Shown here: positions 49,265-57,119 of the stretch, one piece after another
Position numbering within the stretch: position 1 is the first letter of the stretch
Layout: each line of letters starts with the position of its first letter
Assembly (NCBI RefSeq): GCF_050271975.1
Contig: NZ_CP189850.1
Coordinates: 2,282,551 to 2,346,550 of the forward strand
Length of the DNA: 64,000 nucleotides
Direction: 5' to 3'
Origin: Litorimonas sp. WD9-15
GTDB taxonomy: Bacteria; Pseudomonadota; Alphaproteobacteria; Caulobacterales; Maricaulaceae
Position numbers and translations under genes: made by a program
The notes under the pieces: model-generated
What the model saw: the letters and a program-made list of their open reading frames with translations, nothing else
Database searches by the model: none
Told to the model about the DNA's origin: nothing

Positions 49265-50419
49265 TCAGCCGATCCGTTTTTCATACATGCGGTAAGTTTT
49301 ATAAGGCACGGCGCTGGCTTGCTCACAAATTGAAATCATGCCGTCATTATCCTCGAGAATCCAAGACAGCTCGCAATAGGTATAGCCCTTTTGGCGCGCG
49401 GCTTCGAACACAGTTTCGCACAGAGCTGCAACAAGTCCGAGCCCCTTGCGCGTGCCGTGATGTTTTGTACGGAGTCCCATCAGCGGCACCCGCGCCTGTT
49501 TCGCCTTCCCAGACTTTAGACGGTAAATAAGCTTGGCCCAATTGAACGGGAAGAGTTTCCCATCAAAGCCCTTTGCCAATTCGTTCAAGTCCGGAATCAG
49601 GCAGATAAAAGCGGCGGGCTCCCCGTCAATCTCGCCTATATAAAAACAATCCGAAGCAATGAGCGGTTTCATCTCTTTGGCGAGGTGCTGGATAGCGTCA
49701 TCCGGGAATTCTAGGAATCCCCAATTATTGCCCCACGCATCGTTGAAGATGCTCATGGCCAATTCGATATCGCGCGTGAAATTCTTTGGATCGAGTTTCC
49801 GCCAGCTTACGGCTTTGGACTTGGTCGCATAATCAACCATCATGCGTGTCACTTTCGGGCGCGGATATCCGGCGTGTAAATCCGCTTGAAAGGCGTACAT
49901 ATCAATCGCTTTGGCATAACCAGCCGTCTCGACCATGTCTTGATAATAGGGTTTGCCATATGACATCAGGACGACATTGGGACTATCAAACCCTTCAACA
50001 AGGAGGCCGACCTCCTCATTCACGCCCCATTGCGCAGGGCCGACCAATCGCTTTCGGCCTTTGTCTTTGGCCCATTCATCGGCCCTATTGAGGAGCATTT
50101 TGCCGAGTTCCGGATCATTTTCGCAATCAAAATAGCCAAAAAAGGCTGTTTCAACATCGTGCTGTCGATCATGGGCGGGATTTGTAAAAACCGCAATCCG
50201 GCCAATAATCGCGTCTCCTCTAACCGCTAGAAATAACGAGCGGTCCAAGTCTTTCGCAGCTGGATTCTTTACAGGGTCTAGCTGCTCTTTGCGCTCCAAC
50301 CTTAATGGCGGCGCCCAACTCGGATCCCCCCGATAAAGATCATAGGGCAAGTCTAGGAATTGCTGGACCTGCGCCTTTGTTTGAACGGAGACGATTTTGA
50401 TGTCGGCATTGGTCGGCAA
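49265..50419 (-). CDS. GNAT-fold N-acyltransferase, two-lobed ~384 aa (candidate lipid N-acyltransferase)
   Basis: Length and paired GNAT-like halves; first gene of the coupled operon. Confidence 0.55.
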   Translation of the reverse strand: MPTNADIKIVSVQTKAQVQQFLDLPYDLYRGDPSWAPPLRLERKEQLDPVKNPAAKDLDRSLFLAVRGDAIIGRIAVFTNPAHDRQHDVETAFFGYFDCENDPELGKMLLNRADEWAKDKGRKRLVGPAQWGVNEEVGLLVEGFDSPNVVLMSYGKPYYQDMVETAGYAKAIDMYAFQADLHAGYPRPKVTRMMVDYATKSKAVSWRKLDPKNFTRDIELAMSIFNDAWGNNWGFLEFPDDAIQHLAKEMKPLIASDCFYIGEIDGEPAAFICLIPDLNELAKGFDGKLFPFNWAKLIYRLKSGKAKQARVPLMGLRTKHHGTRKGLGLVAALCETVFEAARQKGYTYCELSWILEDNDGMISICEQASAVPYKTYRMYEKRIG

Positions 50420-50466
50420 TGCGATTCCCCCGCATCATTAAAAGTCCTGCAGGTATCGAATCCCTG

Positions 50467-51015
50467 TCAGGAAAGGTCAACCAGATGGATGTCGATGTCG
50501 ACGCCCTCCATCGGGACGTCAAATCCTGTCTCAGAGAATTTTGGAAGCCTTAGGGATTTGATTTCAGGGTTGTTTGACAAACCATAAGGCTCTTTGGGCT
50601 TAAAATTCCAAGCCTTTTTCAACCGGCGATCTCCGTCCTTATCGTGATAGCCGACGAGTGCATACTCGCCGGGCAGAGGCAGATTGATACAGACTTTGAC
50701 GGAACCGTCCTCTGCTGGAACACGAATACGGCGAAGTTTTCCTTTTTTCTTGAGAAAATCGCGCTCGCCAAACAGTTCTACCTTCACCATTCCAACTTTG
50801 GAGACATTGTGAATGGTGGCCCGAATCTGCAGAGCGCCCGGCACGCACGTGTCGGCTTTGTCTCGAGGATAGAGTTCTAAGCCGCGCTCCACACCTATTT
50901 CAGATAAGGTTTCTCGGAACTCATCATTGTCATCAGACCCATTATCCTGCGCGACCGCAAAACCGGCCGAGCCCATCATGCTCAAGATGACGAAAGCTTT
51001 AGACAGTTTTCTCAT
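50467..51015 (-). CDS. DUF2141-family secreted protein
   Basis: Start at MRKLSKAFVILSMMGSAGFAVAQ signal peptide; YALVGYHDKDGDRRL...PKEPYGLSNNPE matches DUF2141 core. Confidence 0.6.
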   Translation of the reverse strand: MRKLSKAFVILSMMGSAGFAVAQDNGSDDNDEFRETLSEIGVERGLELYPRDKADTCVPGALQIRATIHNVSKVGMVKVELFGERDFLKKKGKLRRIRVPAEDGSVKVCINLPLPGEYALVGYHDKDGDRRLKKAWNFKPKEPYGLSNNPEIKSLRLPKFSETGFDVPMEGVDIDIHLVDLS

Positions 51016-51133
51016 GTAGGCATTTGATTTCACGACGGTGTTTCCTTAAGCCTCACTGAACCCAAAAAAGGTCCTTAACAGCCATATGGGAAACGATTCC
51101 TCTGTCGTAAAGGCGTAATCACAGACCTGTCAT

Positions 51134-52369
51134 ATGGGCCGATTGAACCGATATATCCTGAAAAAAGCCTCGACAAGTGTCGGTGGGCTGGTCGTTTTCG
51201 CCTGTTGCGTTCTGCTAATGGAACGCCTGTTACGTATTTTCGAAATTGTTACAAATTCGACAAATCCTGCTTCTGACGCGACAAATATGATCGTGAACCT
51301 CCTGCCCTATTATCTCGGCATGGCGGTTCCGATGGCGTTGCTACTTGGCACAATCATCACGGTGGACCGCTTGTCAAAGTCGTCTGAATTGACCGCGGCT
51401 CTTGGTGCAGGCGTATCTCTTTTCCATATGACAAAGCCGTTCTTATGGCTCGCAATTTTCCTTGCAGGCCTGACCATGTTTATCGAAGGCTATATGCAGC
51501 CTGTTGGACGGTATAATTATCGCCAGGTTCTTCACGTCGTGAAACAGCAGAGTTTTACGGCGGCCTTACGAGAAGGCACGTTTACGGAAGTCTTAGACCG
51601 TACTTTTTTTGCGGGCACAGATTCGCCTGATGGCTCCATCGGACCAATCTTCATTTACGAAATGGTGGATGATGTGAACGCGAACGGAGAGCCCGTCAAA
51701 GGCTATCGCATTACAACGGCGGGCAAAGGCGAAATTACAATTCGCGATAAAGTCGATAATGCAAAAACAGGCGCACCCGTTTTGAACCTTGCAGAAGGGC
51801 GCGGTTTTCAAGTTTTGAATAGCACACTTTCGGGACAACTTGAATTCGGCGAGTTGACTGTTGCGGGCGCGACGAGTGAGACGGAATATCGCGTACGCGG
51901 TGATGATGAGCGGGAAATGACATCACTGGAGCTCTTTGCGAACCGTAAAGGTTCTGCTACCTCAAATATTGATCAAAACACAAATAACGCAGCGCTTCAC
52001 CTTCGCGTTTCCAAAGCCGTCCTTCTGATTTTACTTCCCTTCATCGCCGTGCCCTTCGGCCTGAACTACGGCCGAAACCCCTCCTCTGCCGGAATTTTTG
52101 TTGGCGTGGTCTTTCTGGTCTCACTTCAAAAAGCACTGGAATTTGGACAGTCATTGGGGGCGGCTGGAAAAATCCCGCCTTGGCTCGGCATTTGGGGGAT
52201 TATTGGTGTCGTCGCGATCTTCGCCTTCTTCCTGTTTTGGAAAAGCGCCTATAAAATGGGTCAGCCGCCTCTCACCTCATTCTCGCATTGGGTGGGACAC
52301 ATCAAAGGCGAGCTGCTTGGTGCGCTTAAGAAACTGACCCGCGACCGAAGGATCCCACAGGATGTATAG
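51134..52369 (+). CDS. lptF: LPS export ABC transporter permease LptF (YjgP/YjgQ family)
   Basis: 411 aa; MGRLNRYILKK... six TM with large periplasmic beta-jellyroll insert. Confidence 0.85.
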   Translation: MGRLNRYILKKASTSVGGLVVFACCVLLMERLLRIFEIVTNSTNPASDATNMIVNLLPYYLGMAVPMALLLGTIITVDRLSKSSELTAALGAGVSLFHMTKPFLWLAIFLAGLTMFIEGYMQPVGRYNYRQVLHVVKQQSFTAALREGTFTEVLDRTFFAGTDSPDGSIGPIFIYEMVDDVNANGEPVKGYRITTAGKGEITIRDKVDNAKTGAPVLNLAEGRGFQVLNSTLSGQLEFGELTVAGATSETEYRVRGDDEREMTSLELFANRKGSATSNIDQNTNNAALHLRVSKAVLLILLPFIAVPFGLNYGRNPSSAGIFVGVVFLVSLQKALEFGQSLGAAGKIPPWLGIWGIIGVVAIFAFFLFWKSAYKMGQPPLTSFSHWVGHIKGELLGALKKLTRDRRIPQDV

Positions 52370-53441
52370 GTTTGGCCTCTACATATCGAAGACTTTTCTC
52401 TTCACATGGCTGACCGTCGTCTTTGGGTTTCTAACATTGATCGGCCTGCTCGACAGTCTCGCGAATGGCGGAGATATTGTCGCCGATGGCAGTGGTTTTG
52501 CAGGAACGTTCAAATATATGTTTCTGCGCGCCCCTGTGATTTTTGACCGTATCTTTGTCTTCACCCTCGTCGTCGCAATCCTATTGACCTTCGTTAAACT
52601 CATCCGGCAACATGAGTTGGTTGCCCTGCTTGGCTTTGGCATATCCGCCACAAAGCAAGTCTGGCTGATGACGCCCGCCGTTGTCGGTGCGGCTATCATG
52701 TCGGTCATCTTTATCGACCTCGCCATGGCCCCCGCCGTTCGTTCATTACAAGCTTGGGGGATTGGCGAATATAAGGTGAAAAATATAACGGCGGAAAACC
52801 CGCTCTGGCTGGAAGATCGTGGTCGTATCGTGCGGGCCACAGACCGCCTTGGTTATAATAGTCTTGGTAATCTCAAGTTCTTCTTCCGAAGCGAAACCGG
52901 AGAAGTCGAACGCATTTGGCATGCCGAAAAGGCGGATTATCAAGACCCCAACTGGCTGTTGACTAATGTCGAGCAACTGGATGTCAAAGACGCGGACGGG
53001 GAGTCGCGAGAGCTTCGACCCGTCGCAGGAACGCGGGTTTGGGAAACGCGACAAACACCCACATCAATCGCCCGCCTCGCCGCAGAGCCGCGGGACCTCT
53101 CATTGTCCGAAATGCGGAATTTCTCCAAACGCGGCAATAGCGGGTCAAAACCAAGCTTTGCTTATAAATTCTGGCACGCACACCGTCTCACACGTCCCCT
53201 CGCCGCTTTCATATTGCTCATTGCCTGTGCTGCTCTCATGCAGCGGACAGGCCGTGAAGATACGGGCGACAAGACACTCATCATCGGCATTACGATGGGT
53301 TTTGTATTCCTCATCATTGACGGCGCGATGGCGACCTTTGCGGCGTCGGGCGGGATGGGTGTCCTACCCGCGATTGCGATACCACTGCTTCTCTTTGGAG
53401 TTACGGGCGCATATCTTCTGTTGAAAACAGAAAGTCTGTAA
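52362..53441 (+). CDS. lptG: LPS export ABC transporter permease LptG
   Basis: 359 aa; MYRFGLYISKTF...; 8-nt overlap with lptF. Confidence 0.85.
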   Translation: MYRFGLYISKTFLFTWLTVVFGFLTLIGLLDSLANGGDIVADGSGFAGTFKYMFLRAPVIFDRIFVFTLVVAILLTFVKLIRQHELVALLGFGISATKQVWLMTPAVVGAAIMSVIFIDLAMAPAVRSLQAWGIGEYKVKNITAENPLWLEDRGRIVRATDRLGYNSLGNLKFFFRSETGEVERIWHAEKADYQDPNWLLTNVEQLDVKDADGESRELRPVAGTRVWETRQTPTSIARLAAEPRDLSLSEMRNFSKRGNSGSKPSFAYKFWHAHRLTRPLAAFILLIACAALMQRTGREDTGDKTLIIGITMGFVFLIIDGAMATFAASGGMGVLPAIAIPLLLFGVTGAYLLLKTESL

Positions 53442-53449
53442 ACTTCGCT

Positions 53450-54349
53450 ATGAGACGGCTCTTCATAGTCAATTCTTTGTCAGAGCGCGTCGCACGTAAG
53501 GGCTCCGTTCTGCATGAACTCTACGGCGATACAGACGATATTTTTTATCTGGATCCTTTCGACTACCTCCCATCCACTGTTGAGAGAGCAGCGATAGACA
53601 AGGTCGAACATGTCATCATTGAAGGCGGAGACGGGACTGTTCAGGGCGTCATATCCGAATTTCTCCGACAAGAAGACAGGTTCGCAAATTTTCCAAAATT
53701 CTCCATCATCCCGGGTGGCATGACAAACCAGGTTGCCAAGAATATAGGTTTTGCGTCGGCGAGCCCACATAGAGTTAAAACAAAACTCGCGTCAGAACTC
53801 TCACCAACTAACAACCCACTTCTCATCGCGTCTGAACTGGACGGCCCTGATTATTCCGGTTTTCTCTTCTCGACTGGCGCGATTCCGCAGATCACACGCT
53901 ATACGACCGGCCAATTGCACCGCAAAGGGATTGGCGGATCATTGGCCGTGTTTGGCGGTATTCTCAAAGGTATTCGTGGCGACGACGCGACGCTGATGCA
54001 ACTGACGTCTGTTCATCTTGATGATCTCTATGAAGGTGAACATCTGGGCACAGTTATCACGACCCTTCCCGGTCTCATCTTGGGTCTCGACCCGTTTTGG
54101 GGAGAAGAAGAGGCTCCGCTTCGCCTGACTTGGGTGACGTCAGGTTATAAAAAACTGGGCCGCAATATTCTTGGCTTATGGCTGGGTCGCAAATCAGTTG
54201 ATCGCCGCAAAGACGGCATCTTCTCAGTCTGTCGTAACGAAATTAATTACAGCTATTCCGGCCCCGTCGTGTTGGACGGCGAATTTCTTTCATTCCCGTC
54301 AGGCAAATTTACTGTCCGCGCCAGCCGTCCTGTGACATTCCTACGATAG
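53450..54349 (+). CDS. diacylglycerol-kinase catalytic-domain (DAGK_cat/YegS/LCB5) lipid kinase; candidate ceramide/sphingoid kinase
   Basis: 299 aa; IIEGGDGTV (GGDGT ATP-site motif), IPGGMTNQ. Confidence 0.75.
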   Translation: MRRLFIVNSLSERVARKGSVLHELYGDTDDIFYLDPFDYLPSTVERAAIDKVEHVIIEGGDGTVQGVISEFLRQEDRFANFPKFSIIPGGMTNQVAKNIGFASASPHRVKTKLASELSPTNNPLLIASELDGPDYSGFLFSTGAIPQITRYTTGQLHRKGIGGSLAVFGGILKGIRGDDATLMQLTSVHLDDLYEGEHLGTVITTLPGLILGLDPFWGEEEAPLRLTWVTSGYKKLGRNILGLWLGRKSVDRRKDGIFSVCRNEINYSYSGPVVLDGEFLSFPSGKFTVRASRPVTFLR

Positions 54350-55270
54350 ATGAGCACGGTTCTGGATATCATAAAGGGTGAAACACTCGACCCGCCGGCG
54401 CGCGTCACTGCTGTTATGGACGCGATTCGCGCCCGTCACACCGATCGTGTTCAGGCCATGGTGTATTATGGCAGCTCATTACGAGAGCTGGATAACTCGG
54501 AAAAAATGCTCGATTTCTATGTGCTAGTAGATAGCTACCGTAAAACCCATGGTACCGGACCACGCGCCCTCATAAATCGCCTCATACCTCCCGCCGTTTA
54601 TTACCTCGAAAGAGAGAATGAGGACGGCACGCTAAGCACATGCAAATATTCAATTTTAAGCCTGTCGGAATTTGAAAGGCGCTGTAGTTCCAAGGCCTTC
54701 CTCTCACAGGTATGGGGACGCTTTTCGCAACCCTGCGCAGTCCTCTGGTCTAAGGAAGAGACCGTCTTGGATCGTGTCTGGGCGGGACGCGTTAAAGCTG
54801 TTGAAACGATGGCAGCGGAAACAGCGCCACTTCTCGAAGGACGCGCAACTGCCGCAGTATTTTGGGGGCGCGGATTTTACGAGAGCTACCAAACTGAGCT
54901 TCGCCCCGAAAGCTCTACCGGACGCGCAGAGGAAATCGTCGCCCGATTTGCGGAACGCTATGAAGCGATCACGACAGCTCTTTACGGCGCACCGGATGAA
55001 AACGGTAATTATGAAATTCCGCAGAAACCTATCGGAAAAGCCAAGCGCAGATGGTTCTTGCGACGTCTCTTAGGCAAGCCTGCCGCCGCGATCCGCGTGC
55101 TGCTCGGAGCAGCGACATTTGATGGTGGGATTGATTATGTCGCCCGAAAGGTAGAGAATCACTCCGGAGTCAAATTGGACCCCACACCTGCGCAACGTCG
55201 TCATCCGGTGCTACATTCACCGTTTTTGTTCTGGAAACTATGGCGAAAAGGCGCTTTTCGGGCAAATTAG
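54350..55270 (+). CDS. Tam41/Mmp37-like nucleotidyltransferase-fold protein (mitochondrial-type CDP-diacylglycerol synthase homologue)
   Basis: 306 aa; MVYYGSSLRELDNSEKMLDFYVLVDSY...YYLE pattern resembling Tam41 family; abuts kinase gene (54349/54350). Confidence 0.5.
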   Translation: MSTVLDIIKGETLDPPARVTAVMDAIRARHTDRVQAMVYYGSSLRELDNSEKMLDFYVLVDSYRKTHGTGPRALINRLIPPAVYYLERENEDGTLSTCKYSILSLSEFERRCSSKAFLSQVWGRFSQPCAVLWSKEETVLDRVWAGRVKAVETMAAETAPLLEGRATAAVFWGRGFYESYQTELRPESSTGRAEEIVARFAERYEAITTALYGAPDENGNYEIPQKPIGKAKRRWFLRRLLGKPAAAIRVLLGAATFDGGIDYVARKVENHSGVKLDPTPAQRRHPVLHSPFLFWKLWRKGAFRAN

Positions 55271-55362
55271 GCGAAAATGTGACAATATTGAGGCGCGTCT
55301 TTATTGAAACTTCATTTTCATATGCCTAGCCTTGACATATCCGGGGCGCCCTGGAGACGCCG

Positions 55363-55566
55363 ATGAGAGACTTTACCAGTTACGCCAATCATATCACCTT
55401 AACGGTGTTGATTTCAGTCCTATTAATCGGGTCATGGATAGCTGGGCAAACATCTCGTGCTGGTGGAGATACCGACACAATCCTCATTGCAACATTTATG
55501 TTATTAATCCCTTGCGCATTAGCAGCGCTTTATCTGCAAACCCGCGCAGAAGAAGAAGAGGGCTAA
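55363..55566 (+). CDS. small hypothetical membrane protein
   Basis: 67-aa ORF with two hydrophobic helices. Confidence 0.25.
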   Translation: MRDFTSYANHITLTVLISVLLIGSWIAGQTSRAGGDTDTILIATFMLLIPCALAALYLQTRAEEEEG

Positions 55567-55567
55567 C

Positions 55568-56800
55568 CTATTCCGCGGCCTGCATCCGGATCATCATACC
55601 GGACATAATTTCGGCCTGACTGGCCTTCATTCGCCCAAATGCATCAATGATAATATTCACATCGCTTTCCGTATGCGCCGCAGAGAGTGAGATACGGAGC
55701 AAAGACGAGCTCTGCGGTGTTCCGGGTGGAACAGCGAGGTTCACGTAAACGCCGTTTTCCATCAGCCAATTCCATTCCATCGCTGCAATGCCTTCATTAG
55801 GACGACGCACAGCGATGACGGGACTCGGGTCAGCGCAGAGGTCGAAATCCAAAGCCTTCAACCCGGCATGAAGCTGTTGCGCCCGCGCTTTCAAATTCTC
55901 GCGCAAGTACCCACCCGTCTTGACCTTCTCAACGGCGACACGCGCCGCGCAAATATTGGCGGGCGTGGCAGACGCCGTAAACATATAGGGGCGCATAACT
56001 TTGCGTGTAATTTCAAATTGAGGATGTTTGGACGCACAAAATCCACCGACAGAAGCAAGGGATTTTGAGAATGTGCCCGATATAAAGTCAACCTGATCCA
56101 AAACGCCCTGCTCTTCCGCAATGCCGCAGCCAGTGGGGCCGAACACACCGTAGGAATGCGCTTCATCGATAAAGAGATAGCCGCCATGACGGTGCGTCAC
56201 ATCGAGAAATTCATCCACGGGCGCAATATCACCGAACATGGAATACATACCTTCAATCACAACAAGGGCATTGCCGCCCTCAATCTCACCTTGTCGGCGG
56301 AGACGTTTATCCAGATCTTCCGGGTTATTATGGCGGAAACGAATGGTCGACGCATTGGTCAGGCGCGATCCATCAATGATACAGGCATGCGCATCTGCAT
56401 CCATAAAGATGACATCTTTATCACCGGCCAGCCCCGAAATCGCGGCAAGGTTCGTCTGATAGCCCGTCGTAAACACGATACAGGACGGCATTCCGAAATG
56501 TTCTGCCAAGGCCTGTTCCAAATCTGTGTGTTCTGCATATGTTCCGTTTGCAACGCGGGATCCCGTCGTACCCGTACCGTGATCATCAACAGCAGTTTTC
56601 GCGGCGGCGCGACAATCCTCATCGAATGTCAGGCCGAGATAGTTATTCGTACCAGCCAGAAGAATTTCGCGGTTACCGATACGCCCGCGGGTCGCGGACA
56701 AAATATCATCGAATTTCACGCCCAGCGCATCGGCGCCGATCTTCATCATCATATCAACGCGCGTTTGAAGCGGTGCGTATTTGTCAAACAAAGCCGTCAT
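55568..56800 (-). CDS. spt: serine palmitoyltransferase (alpha-oxoamine synthase family, PLP)
   Basis: 410 aa; long colinear matches to Sphingomonas SPT (ILLAGTNNYLGLTFDED, IRFRHNNPEDLDKRL, VIEGMYSMFGDIAP, DEAHS..GTFSKS PLP-Lys, YVNLAVPPGTP). Confidence 0.85.
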   Translation of the reverse strand: MTALFDKYAPLQTRVDMMMKIGADALGVKFDDILSATRGRIGNREILLAGTNNYLGLTFDEDCRAAAKTAVDDHGTGTTGSRVANGTYAEHTDLEQALAEHFGMPSCIVFTTGYQTNLAAISGLAGDKDVIFMDADAHACIIDGSRLTNASTIRFRHNNPEDLDKRLRRQGEIEGGNALVVIEGMYSMFGDIAPVDEFLDVTHRHGGYLFIDEAHSYGVFGPTGCGIAEEQGVLDQVDFISGTFSKSLASVGGFCASKHPQFEITRKVMRPYMFTASATPANICAARVAVEKVKTGGYLRENLKARAQQLHAGLKALDFDLCADPSPVIAVRRPNEGIAAMEWNWLMENGVYVNLAVPPGTPQSSSLLRISLSAAHTESDVNIIIDAFGRMKASQAEIMSGMMIRMQAAE

Positions 56801-57048
56801 CAGGACATCAATCCTTTTGCGGCCAGTGAAAGTTCGCCAACGGTTTTAATGTCGGACACCATCTCCATCGGAATTGAGATATCGTAATGATCTTCCAACT
56901 CCATAATAAAATCGAAAACGGCCACCGAATCGACCTCCAGATCCGACATAATGCCAGAAGACCGCTCAATCGGCAGGCCCTTGGGATTATACGGCTTCAA
57001 AAGCTCACAAATCTTATCGTAAATCTCTGACTCAGTGGGGGCGGTCAT
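56800..57048 (-). CDS. dedicated acyl carrier protein
   Basis: 82 aa; DLEVDSVAVFDFIMELE with phosphopantetheinylated Ser context; stop overlaps spt start. Confidence 0.8.
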   Translation of the reverse strand: MTAPTESEIYDKICELLKPYNPKGLPIERSSGIMSDLEVDSVAVFDFIMELEDHYDISIPMEMVSDIKTVGELSLAAKGLMS

Positions 57049-57119
57049 GGCAGTCTTTCATTTCAAACGTGCTCGTCGCTATCAAAGACAGCGCACGGCG
57101 TAAAGCCGTGCCCTCAGAC

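Noticed and set aside
56156-56887. 243-aa plus-strand ORF
   Set aside because: Antisense to spt.
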